This document shows positions 1-11,432 of a stretch of 64,000 nt of DNA, piece by piece. A model generated the notes under the pieces. That model was not told the origin of the DNA, did no database searches, and saw only the letters and a program-made list of their open reading frames with translations. The stretch is from an uncultured delta proteobacterium. Lineage in GTDB: Bacteria > Myxococcota_A > Polyangia > Polyangiales > Polyangiaceae. The stretch is from assembly GCA_963806225.1 (NCBI GenBank), contig CAWDXG010000004.1, forward strand, positions 5,568,001 to 5,632,000. The letters run 5' to 3'. Position 1 is the stretch's first letter, and each line of letters starts with the position of its first letter. The translations under genes were made by a program, and so were the position numbers.

Positions 1-155
1 GACGCGCTCTTGTGGCATCCCTGCGCGCCCAGCATGAGCATCGTGGCGAGCGCTGCCGTGGTGTTGCGGCGGAGCATTCTCCAAGGATAACGCGCTTGAG
101 CGTTGTCATGTGGTGGGCCTTTGATCCAGCCAAGAAGATGGCGCATGATCCAGCC

Positions 156-719
156 ATGCATATGCGCACTGCTTTCTGGGCCCTTGCCGCTTCCGCTATC
201 CTGTTCGGGTTCACCCCGGCGTGCTCGAGTAGCTCGAGCACGAAAAATAGCGGAGGCAGCGGTGGCAGCGCCGGTTCGGGCACGGGCGGCAGCGCCGGCT
301 CCGGTACCGGCGGTTCCGCCGGCACGGGCGGCACCGCCGGCACGGGCGGCACCGCGGGCGGCGGCACGGGCGGCACTGCGGGTTCGGGTACGGGCGGCAC
401 GGGCGGCACTGCGGGTTCGGGTACGGGCGGCACGGGCGGCACTGCGGGTTCGGGTACGGGCGGCACGGGCGGCAGCGCCGGCGCTTCGGGCGATGCGGGC
501 GGCCCCTTCGTCTGTGGAGGCAGCGCCCAGTGCAACCCCGGACAGCTGTGCGTGAAGAAGGCGGGTGGCGCCGGCTTCAGCTACTCCTGCCAGGACAATC
601 CCTGCGGCAGCCAGCCGCTGAGCTGCTCCTGTGCCGGCTCCCTGTGCGGCGGATCGCCGTACCAGTGCACGGCAGCCAAGGGCCGCAACGTGACCTGCGA
701 CTGCCCAACCTGCGCCTGA
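156..719 (+). CDS. Secreted lipoprotein with Gly/Thr/Ser-rich linker and small Cys-rich C-terminal domain
   Basis: Signal peptide with lipobox-like TPAC-SSSSS, GGTGGTAGSGT repeats (33-nt DNA units at ~380-480), Cys-rich tail. Start taken at an internal ATG of ORF 12..719. Confidence 0.7.
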   Translation: MHMRTAFWALAASAILFGFTPACSSSSSTKNSGGSGGSAGSGTGGSAGSGTGGSAGTGGTAGTGGTAGGGTGGTAGSGTGGTGGTAGSGTGGTGGTAGSGTGGTGGSAGASGDAGGPFVCGGSAQCNPGQLCVKKAGGAGFSYSCQDNPCGSQPLSCSCAGSLCGGSPYQCTAAKGRNVTCDCPTCA

Positions 720-732
720 TACAGCCGCCCTG

Positions 733-2752
733 CTATCCGGCGAGCCCCAGCCGTTCCAGCAGCGCTTCCAGCCGCGGCTCGCGGCCCATGAAGTCGATGA
801 AGAGCTGCATCGGGTCGCGACTGTCGCCCTTCGACAGCAGCCGCTCGCGGAACTCGCGGCCGACGTCGGCGTTGAAAAGGCCCTCGTCGCGGAAGCGCGT
901 GAACGCGTCGGCGTCGAGCACCTCGGCCCACTTGTAGGAGTAGTAGCCGGCGGCGTAGCCGACCGGGTGCGAGAAGAGGTGGGCGAAGCTGGCGACCATC
1001 GCGTAGTCGTCGGGCAGCGGGGTGGGGGAGTAGTCGGCGAGGATGTCGCGCGCGTAGCGCATCACGTCGCCGTCGCGTTCCGGGTCGTAGTCGACGTGCA
1101 GGGCGAGATCGACGGCCGCGAAGCCGAGCTGGCGCATCTGCGCATACGCGGCGCGGTAGGTGCGTACGCGACGCAGCCGCTCGACCAGCCCGGCGGGGAT
1201 CGGTTCACCACTTTCGTGGTGGCGGGCAAAAAGATCGAGCCCTTCCTTCTCGCCGACCCAATTCTCCATGATCTGCGAGGGCAGCTCGACGAAGTCGCTG
1301 GCGACGCGTGTGCAGGCCAGGCTCTTGACAGGCACGCGGCTCAGGCAGTGGTGCAGGAGGTGACCGAACTCGTGGAACAGCGTCTCCACCTCGCGGTGGG
1401 TGAGCAGGGCCGGCCGGTCGCCGACGGGCGGCGTGGCGTTCGAGCAGATGAGCGCCAGGTGCGGCGCCGGCGGCACCGAGGCGATGAGACCGTGCATCCA
1501 CGCGCCGCCCGTCTTGTTGTCGCGCGGGTACAGGTCGGCGTAGAAGAGGGCCAGCTCCGTGCCGTCGGCGTCGGTGATGCGATAGGCGTTGACGGCTTTG
1601 TCCCACGCTTCAACGCCTTCGCGCGCCTCGATGCGGATGCCGTAGAGTCGCTCCGCCGTGGCGAACAGCCCTTCCAGCACGCGCTGGGCCGGGAAGTAGC
1701 GCGCGGAGTTCCTCCTCATCGAGCTGGAAGCGCGCCTTCCTGAGCTTCTCGGAGTAGTACGCCACGTCCCATGGCTCGAGCCGCGGTGCGTCGGCACCCT
1801 CCAGCTCGCGGCGGAATGCCTCGAGCTCGGCGTTCTCGCGCTCGAAGGCGGGGCGCGTGCGCTCGGTGAGATCCCGCACGAACTCGCGCGCGCGGTCGGC
1901 GCTCTTTGCCATGCGGTCTTCCAGCACCAGATCCGCGAAGCTCGAGAAGCCGAGCAGGCTGGCCTTCTCGCGCCGGAGCTCGAGGATGCGCGCCACGAGC
2001 GGGCGGTTGTCGAACGCTCCCTGTGCCGTGCGGCGGTCCTGTGCGCGCCAGAGCTGCTCGCGGATCGAGGCATCGTCCAGATAGGTGAGCGCGGCGATGA
2101 GGCTCGGCGCCTGCAGCGTGAAGCGGTAGCCCTCGAGGCCCTTCTGCTTCGCACTTTCGCGGGCCGCCGCGCGCGCCGACCCGGGCAGGCCGGCGAGGCG
2201 CGACTCGTCGTCGAGCACCAGATCGAACGCGGCCGTCGCGTCGAGCACGTTCTGCGAGAACTTCGTGGTCAGCTCGCTGAGCTCGCGGTCGAGGGCGGCT
2301 AGCTGCTTCTTCCTGTCGGGCGGAAGCTCGGCGCCGTGGCGGCGGAACTCGTCCAGGGTCTTGTCGAGGAAGCGGCGGCGCGTGGGGTCGAGGCCCGTGG
2401 CTTCCGGCGTTCCGGCAAATTCCCTCAGTGCCTGCCAGACGCCGCTGTGCAGCGGGATACCGCTGAAGAAGGCACTGACGCGCGGCAATACTGCGTTGTG
2501 CGCCTGGCGCAGCTCCGGCGTGCTCGCGACGTTCTCGAGGTGCTCGACGATGCCCATCGCGACTTCCAGGCCCTCCGTCGCCTGCTCCAGCGCGCCCAGG
2601 GTGCCGTCGTAGGTGCGCGGTGCGGTGGCCATGGCATCGAGCCCGGCCTGCGCGCGTTCGAGCAGCTCGTCTATGCCTGGTTCGACGTGTTCGGCGTGGA
2701 TGCGGTCGAACGGAATGTCGACACGGACCTCCAGGAGGGGATTTTTCATCAT
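733..2752 (-). CDS. prlC: Oligopeptidase A (M3A metallopeptidase), split by one frameshift near 1705
   Basis: N-half in ORF 1610..2827 (MMKNPLL...IPFDRI...FADLVLEDRMAK...PWDVAYYSEKLRK); C-half in ORF 733..2154 (YFP...YADLYPRDNKTGGAWM...HEFGH...DFVELPSQIMENW...GYAAGYYSYKWAEVLDADAF). Confidence 0.9.
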
Positions 2753-5700
2753 TGTTGCACTCGCCGCGCGCGATCGGTGAGCACGGCCCGCCACGCTTCG
2801 ATGCGGCTCTGCGCGTGCAAGGGCCATGGAAACCTGGCCAGGCGTGCGAGAAGGTGTGGCGTATGGTCGCCGGCCCGCAGGCGGTTTCCGAACACGTCCG
2901 AGGCGTCTTCGATCATGTCGAACGCCTTGTCCAGATCGCCGCTTTCCACATGGAGCCAGGCTTGTGTCATGAGGTAGTGCTGGCGTGGTTCAGCCTCTTC
3001 GACCTGGAGCCGCGCGCACCCTTCGAGCAGCTGCGCCGCCGTTTCGACGTTGTGGCGGCAGAGTGCAACCTGGCAGTGCAGGAGCGCCGCTTCGAGCTCG
3101 CCCCACGGGTCGCCCATCTGGGCATAGATGGTCGCGGCGCGGCTGGCGTGCAGCTCGGCCATGTCCAGGTCGTCGGTGTCGATGCCGATCATCGCGAGCA
3201 GCCGCTCCGACCCGCCCTGGCCGCGCGGCGTGCGGAGCGCGTCGAACGCGCCGAGCGCGTCCATGGCCCCCGCCTCCGCGCTCTGGAAGTTCATCAGCCG
3301 GTGTTCAACGTGCGCTAGCGACACGTCCGCCTGTGCGATACCGAGCCGGTATCCGGCCTTCTCGAACTCCGCGCGGGCCCGGAGCGTCAGACGGCGCGAG
3401 CGTGCAGTGGCGCCTTCGGAGTGATCGATCCAGCTGAGGAGCAGCAGGCACTGCCCCCGGCCCAGCGGTTGGCGGATCTCGTTGAAATGGGCTTCGCCCG
3501 CTTCCACAACCTGCCGGGCGCGCTCGTAGTTGCCCAGCAGGTACTCGATCTCGCCGACCACGGCCTCGCACTGGGCCATGCCGAGCACGTTGCCCTGTTG
3601 CTCGAAGAGCTGGTGTGCCAGATCCACCAGCAAGAGCCCTTCCGCGGAAGTGCCCTTCTCGCTGGCGAGGTGCCCGAGCAGGCGCATGCAGTGAGCGAGA
3701 TTGTCCTGATCACCCAGCTCCTCGAAGGTGGTGCGCGCGATGTCGGCGTGGGTGATCGCTTCCTCGGTGCGACCGACGTGGCGCAGCGCTTCGGCCTGCC
3801 AGCGGTGCTTGAGCGCCAGCGAACGGCCCTGCAGGTGCCCCTTGAGGAGCTCGAGGTCGGCGAGCGTGGCCAGCGGCTCGCGCGCGCCGTGCCACGCACG
3901 CGCGAGGAAGTCGAACAGCAGCTGTGCCGCGTTGTCCGGCTCGCCGGCGTTGAGCAGATTGACGACGCGCTGACGGACCACCCGGCGGGTGCTCGCCAGA
4001 GGATGGTGGGTGAGCGCGTCGGCGGCGGCGCGGAAGACGCTCCGCTGGTCGCTGCGCGCGGACAGGCCCGCGAGCAGATGCTCCTGCAACAGAGCGTGCG
4101 GCCAGCCGTAGCGCCCCGGCCCGCGCGGCAGGATGATCTCGGCGTTCTGCAGGCTGATGATGCAGGCGTCGGCCGGCAGCCCGAGCGTGGTGAGCAGAGC
4201 GTGCAGCACCTCGCGGCGGATGTCGCCGCCCAGGGTGGCGGTTGCATAGGCGGCCGGGCGCTGCTCCTCGGGCATGGCGGAGACGCGGCTGTCCCACAGC
4301 TCGGCGGTGGTCTGCGGGCGCAGAGCCAGGATCTCGGGTGGCACGCGGTACAGGCCGTTGACGAGCTCCAGATTGCCGGCCAGCGCCCAGGCGTGCAGCT
4401 GCTGCAACGCGAACAGCGGATTGCCGCGGCTGCGGCGCGCCGCTTCACGTGCGGCGGTCTCGTCCAGCGGCAGCGACGCCTGCAGAAGCGAGGTGGTGGT
4501 CTCGGGGTCCATCGCGGCGATCTCCACCACGTCCCCGTCGAGCACTTCGCGCAGCTGGCGCAGTCGATCGGCCGCTGGGGTCCCAAGCTGGACGTCCTCG
4601 GCGCGCACGGTGGCGACCATGACGATGCGCTGATCCGGATCGTGCTCGTGCAGGCGCAGGAGCCCCTCGAAAGTCGTCTGGCCGGCATGGTGCAGATCGT
4701 CGAGCCAGAACAGGAGCGGCCGCCCGCGCGATATGCGGCGGAGCGTGTAGCGATGCACCTGGCGGCGGGTCTCGAGCGTGTCGAGCGTGAAACGGAGTCC
4801 GCTCGGTCCAACCTCGGAACCCGGCTGCGCCGGCCTGAGCCACTCGGCGGCGCCGGCGACCCAGGCGCGGCCGTTCTTGTCGTCCTTCTTGACCTTCCAG
4901 CGCGAGAGGAGCGACCGCTCGATGGTGTCGCGATCCGTGCGCTCGAAGCTGTAGTACTGCGTGACCGCGCCGAGCATGCCGTCGAGTGGCGTGCGCATGC
5001 GGCGGTAACGAGCGCGCAGCGGGATCATCGTGCCCTCTTCATGCACGACCCCGCACAGCCACTCGGCGATGCGGCTCTTGCCCGCTCCAGCGGGGCCCAC
5101 CAGGAGCACCAATCGGTGTGTCGGTCCCCGGCCCTCGGCCACGTCGTTGCACACGTCGCTGAGCAGGCGGCGCACGTCGTCGCGGCCGACGAGCGGGCTC
5201 GGACGCATGCTGAGCAGCCCAGGAGCCCGCTCGGGCTTTGCTGCGAGTTGAGGATTCGGTCCGTGCGCGCCGGTCTTGCGCGTCGTGGCGGCCTTGTTCG
5301 CCCCTGCAGCGTGGGAGAGTGCGGGGAACCGCCAGACCTCGGGATCCACACTGGCGTCGGGGCGGAAACGCGCCCATTCCGTGCGCGCTTCGGCGGCGAA
5401 CTCCCAGCGGTCCCAGGGGCGCTTGGCGAGCATGCGGTGCACGAAGCCGACCACCTCGGCGGGCGCGTCGATGGCGAGCTCGAGCGGCGGGACGCGATCG
5501 AAGGCGTGCTGCCGGAGCAGCGCCTTCGGATCGCCGTGGAACGGCGAGCGTCCGCCCAACAGCTTGTACAGGATGCAGCCCAGCGAGTAGATGTCCGTCG
5601 GACCGCAGACGTGGTGCATCTCGTGCTGGATCTGCTCCGGCGCCATGTAGCCTGGTGTTCCGGCGCCCGCGTGGGGCGCGAACTCCATCGAACTTCTCTC

Positions 5701-6559
5701 CGTCCAGGCGTTCGTCGTGCGTGTCCTGGCGGAGCCAGGCTAGCCCGAAGTCGAGGATGTGCACTTCAGGCGGCCCGTCTTCCTGTTCCTCGACCAGCAC
5801 ATTGGACGGCTTCAGGTCTCCGTGGACGATGCCGCGCGCGTGTGCGTGGCCGAGCGCGGCCAGCACCTGGTCCACGATCGACCAGATGAGCTCGAAGCTC
5901 AGCCGCGCCGCGGTCAGATCGTGGAGCGAGACGCCGCTCGCGAGCTCCATGGCCAGGTACGGCGATCCATCGGCGAGCTGTCCGAAGTCGCGCGCGCGGA
6001 CGATACCGGGGTGGTCCAGGGCGGCGAGCGCGCGCGCCTCCTTGTAGAACCACATTACGTATTCGCCCGCGAGCTTTCCCTCGGGCGGGATAACGCGCTT
6101 GATCGCGACGAACTGGCCGCTGGCCTGGTCGCGGCAGCGATAGACGATCCCCATCCCGCCTTCGCCGAGGACCGAGACCACCTCGTAGCGATCGGCGATC
6201 ACATGGCCAGGCAGCACCGGCATCGGCGGCGGCGCGGGCAGATCCGAGACCATCACCTGTACGTCGCCGCCCGAGACCGGCTCGTAGTCGGACGGCGGGT
6301 TCGCGAAGTCGTTCGACTTGACGCTCGCAGCCGATGGGATGCTCGGCGGCGCACTGTCCGGCGGCGTGCTGTCCGGCGGAGCGCTGTCCGGCGGAGCGCT
6401 GTCCGGCTCCGGCTCGACCGGAATTGCCTGCGAGTGCGCAGCGTCGGTCGGAGTCGAGGGTAGAACCGTCCCCTTCGCGTCTCCGCCGTCCGCGGCAGAC
6501 GCCCGGACCGTTTCCGGTCGGGGGGATTTGTCGGGTTTCTGGGTGCCCCCGTTGGCCAT
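2749..6559 (-). CDS. Large Ser/Thr kinase with P-loop (AAA/STAND-like) ATPase and TPR-like C-terminal region, frameshift near 5690
   Basis: LGEGGMGIVY, VAIK, HGDLKPSN and DFGLA in ORF 5039..6559; GTPGYMAPEQ, Walker A GPAGAGKS, WLDDLH and helical repeats in ORF 2749..5688. Confidence 0.85.
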
Positions 6560-6715
6560 GACCGGCGCGAGTGTAACCGTCCGCGTCCCAACGTCGAGCG
6601 GACGCCGGGCCGAACGAATGGGAGAAGCCTATCCTACCGTAACGACCGGGCATTGTCGCGTCGGCCGAGCGGGGCGCCTGGCGTTCGATCGCACCTGGCG
6701 TTAGTCTCCCGCGCC

Positions 6716-7975
6716 ATGTCTGCACGCACCCAGCCCGAGCCGTTCCTCGCCGATTTCGACCCCGAAATCGCCCACTTGATCGAAGAAGAAGAGGGGCGCG
6801 AGCGCGACAAGCTGCGGCTGATCCCGAGCGAGAACTACGTCTCGAAGGCCGTGCTCGAGGCGAGCGGCTCGGTGCTGACCAACAAGTACTCCGAGGGCTA
6901 TGCCGGCCGGCGCTACTACGAGGGGCAGCAGCTCATCGATCAGATCGAGCAGCTGGCCCAGAGCCGGCTCAAGGAGCTGTTCGGCGCCGACCACGTCAAC
7001 GTCCAGCCCTACAGCGGCAGCCCGGCGAACCTCGCCGTGTACCTCGCCTTCTGCCAGCCGGGCGACTCCATCATGGGCCTCGGCCTGCCCTCGGGCGGTC
7101 ACCTGACGCACGGCTGGAACGTCAGCATCACCGGCAAATACTTCGCGAGCCACGCCTACGGCGTGAGCGAGAAGGACCACCGCATCGACTTTGCCCAGGT
7201 GCGTTCGCTGGCAAAGGAGCACAAGCCGAAGATCATCTGGTGCGGCACCACGGCCTACCCGCGGGTTCTCGAGTTCGACAAGTTCAGGGAAATCGCCGAC
7301 GAGGTCGGCGCGAAGCTCTGCGCGGACATCGCTCACATCGCGGGGCTCGTCGCCGGCGGCGCGCACCCGTCGCCCGTGGGCATCGCCGACGTGGTCACGA
7401 GCACGACGCACAAGACGCTGCGCGGTCCGCGCGGCGGCATCGTGATGTGCAAGGAGGAACACAGGAAGGCCATCGACCGTGCCGTCTTCCCGGGACTTCA
7501 GGGCGGCCCGCACAACCACACCACCGCCGGCATCGCCGTGGCGGCGAAGGAAGCGATGCAGCCTGCGTTCAAGGACTACGCGAAGCACGTGGTGGAAAAC
7601 GCCAGGGTGCTGGCCGAGGCGCTCGCCGGCAAGGGCTTCAACCTGATCACCGGCGGGACGGACAACCACCTGATCCTGATGGACCTCACGCCGAAGGGCG
7701 TGCCCGGCAAGGTCGCGGCCAAGGCGCTCGACGTCGCTGGCATCGTCTCGAACTACAACTCGATCCCCTTCGACCCGCGCAAGCCGTTCGACCCTTCCGG
7801 CCTGCGCATCGGCACGCCCGCCATCACGTCACGCGGCATGGGCGAAAGCGAGATGAAGAAGCTCGCCGACTGGATGGACGAGGTCGTCCAGCACCACGAC
7901 GACGAGAAGGTCCAGCAGCGCGTCGCCAGCGAAGTGAAAGAGCTCTGCAAGAGCTTCCCTCCGCCCGGGCTCTGA
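6716..7975 (+). CDS. glyA: Serine hydroxymethyltransferase
   Basis: LIPSENY, NKYSEGY, NVQPYSGSPAN, GGHLTHG, TTHKTLRGPRGG, FPGLQGGPH, GLRIGTPAITSRG. Confidence 0.98.
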   Translation: MSARTQPEPFLADFDPEIAHLIEEEEGRERDKLRLIPSENYVSKAVLEASGSVLTNKYSEGYAGRRYYEGQQLIDQIEQLAQSRLKELFGADHVNVQPYSGSPANLAVYLAFCQPGDSIMGLGLPSGGHLTHGWNVSITGKYFASHAYGVSEKDHRIDFAQVRSLAKEHKPKIIWCGTTAYPRVLEFDKFREIADEVGAKLCADIAHIAGLVAGGAHPSPVGIADVVTSTTHKTLRGPRGGIVMCKEEHRKAIDRAVFPGLQGGPHNHTTAGIAVAAKEAMQPAFKDYAKHVVENARVLAEALAGKGFNLITGGTDNHLILMDLTPKGVPGKVAAKALDVAGIVSNYNSIPFDPRKPFDPSGLRIGTPAITSRGMGESEMKKLADWMDEVVQHHDDEKVQQRVASEVKELCKSFPPPGL

Positions 7976-7982
7976 CGCGGCA

Positions 7983-9788
7983 TCACAAGACGGTGCAGGT
8001 GAGCGTGCGTTCGCTGCCGTTTGCGGCGCAGCTTTCCTTGCAGGCTTTGCCGGCTGGGCATGCGCACTGGTTGCAGCCGCAGCCAGTGGAGCAGCCCGCT
8101 GGCGGCGTGATGCACTGGTAGCTGTTCTGTGTGTGGACCTTGGTGAAATCCAGGGTGTGGCGGCAGACCTGGCTTTGCGCGTTGCAGAAGTACGGGCCGC
8201 AGGGGAAGGTGCCTGGCGGCGCGGAGCACTGGCCGGAGATCGACAGATCGGCGCCGCTCTGGGCCGCTTCACACGCGCTGGGGTAGGTTTTTCCGCCGCA
8301 TCCGCACACCGCGGCGCCGCCAGCCGGGCAGCTCGTCGGGATCGGCTCGCACTGTCCGGGCAGGCTGCCCTTGCCGCAGTTTTCGTCCGGTACCTTGCAG
8401 TACTGCCCCGAAGCGCAGGGCAGAAGCTCGGTGCACACGTCCGGCGGGCGGCAGCCCGGTTGGCCGAACAGCGTGCCGCCCGGCGGGCACGTCCAGGTGC
8501 CGTTGACGCAGGAGGCCACGCCGACCGTGCCGTCGGACTTGCAGCAGCCGTGCGGAACGACCGGGCAGGTCGTGCACTCGTCGCTGTGCACCATCCCGGT
8601 CGGGCACGTCCAGAACATGCCATCGCACACGGCCGGGGACAGCTGTCCGGAGCCGCACTTCGGCGTGCACGAGAAGGACACGACGCTGTTGCAGCTGCCG
8701 CCGTCCGGAAGTCCACCCTCCAGCACCCCGCCGTCGGAGTGCTGCCCGCAGCCGGCCACGACGCTGACCTTCGACTCGGCGCTTTCGTGCAGGAGCTGGC
8801 AGACCACCGGGCAGAGAACGATGCGGGTGGGAGCGACAGGGTCGTCGACGTAGAAGCCGTTGCCCGCGCCGCATGCCGTTGCCGAGGGGACTCGCGACAG
8901 CGCGGTCCCCGCACCGCCATTCGTCTGGATGTACGACGCCGTGACGTCGGACGGCTCTAGCGCGGCGTCGCCCACGCTGGGGATGGCGTACTCGCAGGTG
9001 CCGAGCGTCTTTCTCAGCCCTTCGAGCGCGTCCACCAGCTTCTGCGCCGACTGTGCGCTCTTGCCCACGATGACCGGCTTGCCGGTCCCGCCCGCGGCGG
9101 CGATCTGCGATAGCCCCTTCTCCGATGCCGCTTCCTGCCCGATGACGAAGGTGAGCACCTGGGGCGCGTCCTTCACGCCTTCCAGCGCCGTTTCCGCGAC
9201 GTTCGCGATCGACGAATCGCAGGCATTCGGAACGCCGTCGGTGACCAGGGCGATGGCGACTTCCTCGTGGGGATTGGCGATTTGCCGGGCGCGCGCGTAC
9301 TCGATGGCGGCGCGCAGGGCCAGCCGGGTGGGCGTGTCGCCTTCCAGCTTCTGCTTGGCCAGGGACGCCTTGATGTTGTCCGCGTTGCCGGGGAGCGGCG
9401 CGATCGGAACGGCGGGATGCACGTACGACTCCGCCAGGCAGCCATTCATGGGGAAGTAGGCCAGACCGATGCCCAGGCCCGCCGCGGCAGGATCGCTGAC
9501 GAATGCGGAAAGCGCCGACGTCGCCTCGTCCCACTTGTTGTCGTCGGCCATGCTGCCCGACTTGTCGAGCAGCACGTAGATGCTCAAGCTCGAGTAGCCG
9601 GACCTGTAGTTGGCGCGCGCGCAGAAGCTGGCGCTGGGCGGCGTCGCGCCGGCGTCCTCCTCTGCGATGTGCAGACCGGTGCGCGCGCCGCAGGCAGGGA
9701 CAAGCGACGCGGGGGCCAGCAGGAACAGAGCGGCTATGGCAGCTCGCACGCGCCGGGCTCGACCGGCCGTTGTCCTTTCGCGCCGCAT
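7983..9788 (-). CDS. Secreted von Willebrand factor A domain protein with Cys-rich (Kazal-like) C-terminus
   Basis: Signal peptide plus CG, MIDAS-like LDKSGSM, TPT, LVTDGVP; tail VCGCGGKTYPSAC. Confidence 0.8.
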   Translation of the reverse strand: MRRERTTAGRARRVRAAIAALFLLAPASLVPACGARTGLHIAEEDAGATPPSASFCARANYRSGYSSLSIYVLLDKSGSMADDNKWDEATSALSAFVSDPAAAGLGIGLAYFPMNGCLAESYVHPAVPIAPLPGNADNIKASLAKQKLEGDTPTRLALRAAIEYARARQIANPHEEVAIALVTDGVPNACDSSIANVAETALEGVKDAPQVLTFVIGQEAASEKGLSQIAAAGGTGKPVIVGKSAQSAQKLVDALEGLRKTLGTCEYAIPSVGDAALEPSDVTASYIQTNGGAGTALSRVPSATACGAGNGFYVDDPVAPTRIVLCPVVCQLLHESAESKVSVVAGCGQHSDGGVLEGGLPDGGSCNSVVSFSCTPKCGSGQLSPAVCDGMFWTCPTGMVHSDECTTCPVVPHGCCKSDGTVGVASCVNGTWTCPPGGTLFGQPGCRPPDVCTELLPCASGQYCKVPDENCGKGSLPGQCEPIPTSCPAGGAAVCGCGGKTYPSACEAAQSGADLSISGQCSAPPGTFPCGPYFCNAQSQVCRHTLDFTKVHTQNSYQCITPPAGCSTGCGCNQCACPAGKACKESCAANGSERTLTCTVL

Positions 9789-9805
9789 ACTCCCTCGCGA
9801 TGGGT

Positions 9806-11185
9806 CTACAGGATGATGATCCCGGTGCCGACCAGCAGCACGAATGTGCCGGCAATGACGATCAGCGTCAACATGACCACCAGCATCCAGGTGCGCTTGC
9901 GTTGCTCGCGCTCCAGGACTTCCACGGGGTCTCCGCCTTCATGGATATCGGCGATTGCTTTCAGATCGGGCTCGCTCGACATGGGTGTCGGGGCTTCGCC
10001 CAGCGCGACGTCCGGCGTCGAGGGCTGCGCGGCAATCGCCGGTGCGGATACGGCTCCCATGCGGGCGCCTGTACGCGCGCCCGTGCGCCGCGCTCGCCGC
10101 GCTCCGGGCGTCGACTGGGGACCGCTGTCCGGCGCCGACCGTGCGCCGGTATCCGAGCGCGGAAGCGGCGCCATGGCCGATAGGTCCGTGCGGCTGTTGA
10201 CCTCCGGGTCCCGGAGCCAGGTGCGGTACAGCGAGGTGCCGACGATGTCCTCGAACACGTCGCGCTCTTCGAGCCACGCGGCGAGCTCCTCGCCGAGCTC
10301 CCGCATGTTGGGCCAGCGCTCTTCCTTCTTCTTCTGCAGACCGCGTTCGAGGATCGCCTGCAGCTGGGGCTCGTCGATGCCGTGCTCCGCAATCGTCGCC
10401 GGCGTGTTCTCGATGATGGACCGCATCAAGGCGTTGTAGTTCTCGCCGTCGAACGGGCAGCTGCCGGTCAGGGCCTCGTACAGCACGACGCAGAAGCTCC
10501 ACAGGTCGGCCTGCTCCGTGGGCGGTTCACCGCGCGCCTGTTCCGGCGACATGTAGTCCGGTGTTCCGAGCGCAGACCCCTCCACGGTGAGCTTGCGGGG
10601 GCTGTCCACCATGCGTGCGATTCCGAAATCGAGCAGCTTCGGGATGACCGCAACCTCGTCGTGGACCAGGAAGATGTTCTCCGGTTTCACATCGCGGTGG
10701 ATGATGTTCTGCGCGTGCGCCGTCGCGAGCGCGTGGGCAATGGGCAAGAGCAGCTGCACGGCCTGGGCGGCGGCGATGCGCCCTTCGCGCTCGAGCAGAT
10801 CCGCGAGATCTTCCCCGTCCAGGAGCTCCATGGCGAGGAACGGGTCGCCGTGCCGCGTCTCGCCGAAGTCGTGGACACGTACGATCGACGCGTGTCCGAG
10901 GCGCGCCGCTGCGCGCGCCTCTTCGAGCAGCCGCTGGGTGAGCGCGCCGGCCGTGTGCCGGGTCCGGAGCTCGATCAGCTTGATGCCGACATGGACGTCG
11001 AGCACGTGGTTGTGGGCGACCCACACGGTGCCCATCCCACCTTCCCGGAGGAGGCGGATCAGCTCGTACTTGTCTCCGATGAGGTCACCGGGCCGGTAGC
11101 GCGAGAGCGGACCCGGAGCCGAGCTGGGGACTTCCCGCACTCCCGTGTGGGACGGGTCGCGCGTACGCTCGGGGATCGTAGCCAT
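9806..11185 (-). CDS. Ser/Thr protein kinase with C-terminal TM helix
   Basis: EGGMGTVW, HRDVKPEN, DFGIA, GTPDYMSPEQ, hydrophobic C-terminus. Confidence 0.92.
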   Translation of the reverse strand: MATIPERTRDPSHTGVREVPSSAPGPLSRYRPGDLIGDKYELIRLLREGGMGTVWVAHNHVLDVHVGIKLIELRTRHTAGALTQRLLEEARAAARLGHASIVRVHDFGETRHGDPFLAMELLDGEDLADLLEREGRIAAAQAVQLLLPIAHALATAHAQNIIHRDVKPENIFLVHDEVAVIPKLLDFGIARMVDSPRKLTVEGSALGTPDYMSPEQARGEPPTEQADLWSFCVVLYEALTGSCPFDGENYNALMRSIIENTPATIAEHGIDEPQLQAILERGLQKKKEERWPNMRELGEELAAWLEERDVFEDIVGTSLYRTWLRDPEVNSRTDLSAMAPLPRSDTGARSAPDSGPQSTPGARRARRTGARTGARMGAVSAPAIAAQPSTPDVALGEAPTPMSSEPDLKAIADIHEGGDPVEVLEREQRKRTWMLVVMLTLIVIAGTFVLLVGTGIIIL

Positions 11186-11432
11186 CTAGTTGTCCAGGCT
11201 ATCATTTTGGCGGAACACGCCCCCCACAGCAAGAGTCCGGGCTGGCTCGGTTCTGGTCAGGGGGGAATTTGCTGCTTCTTCGACGCGACGCAGCATTCCG
11301 TCACGGCCTGTTCCGGCGAGTTTGCTGGTCCGAGGCCCCGGGCGCCGCTCCGCCGCGACAGGTTGGCCGCGCGTCACCCCCAGGGGTGATATGCGCGCCC
11401 ACCCCTTCTTGATACTATCGCATCCAGGGCTC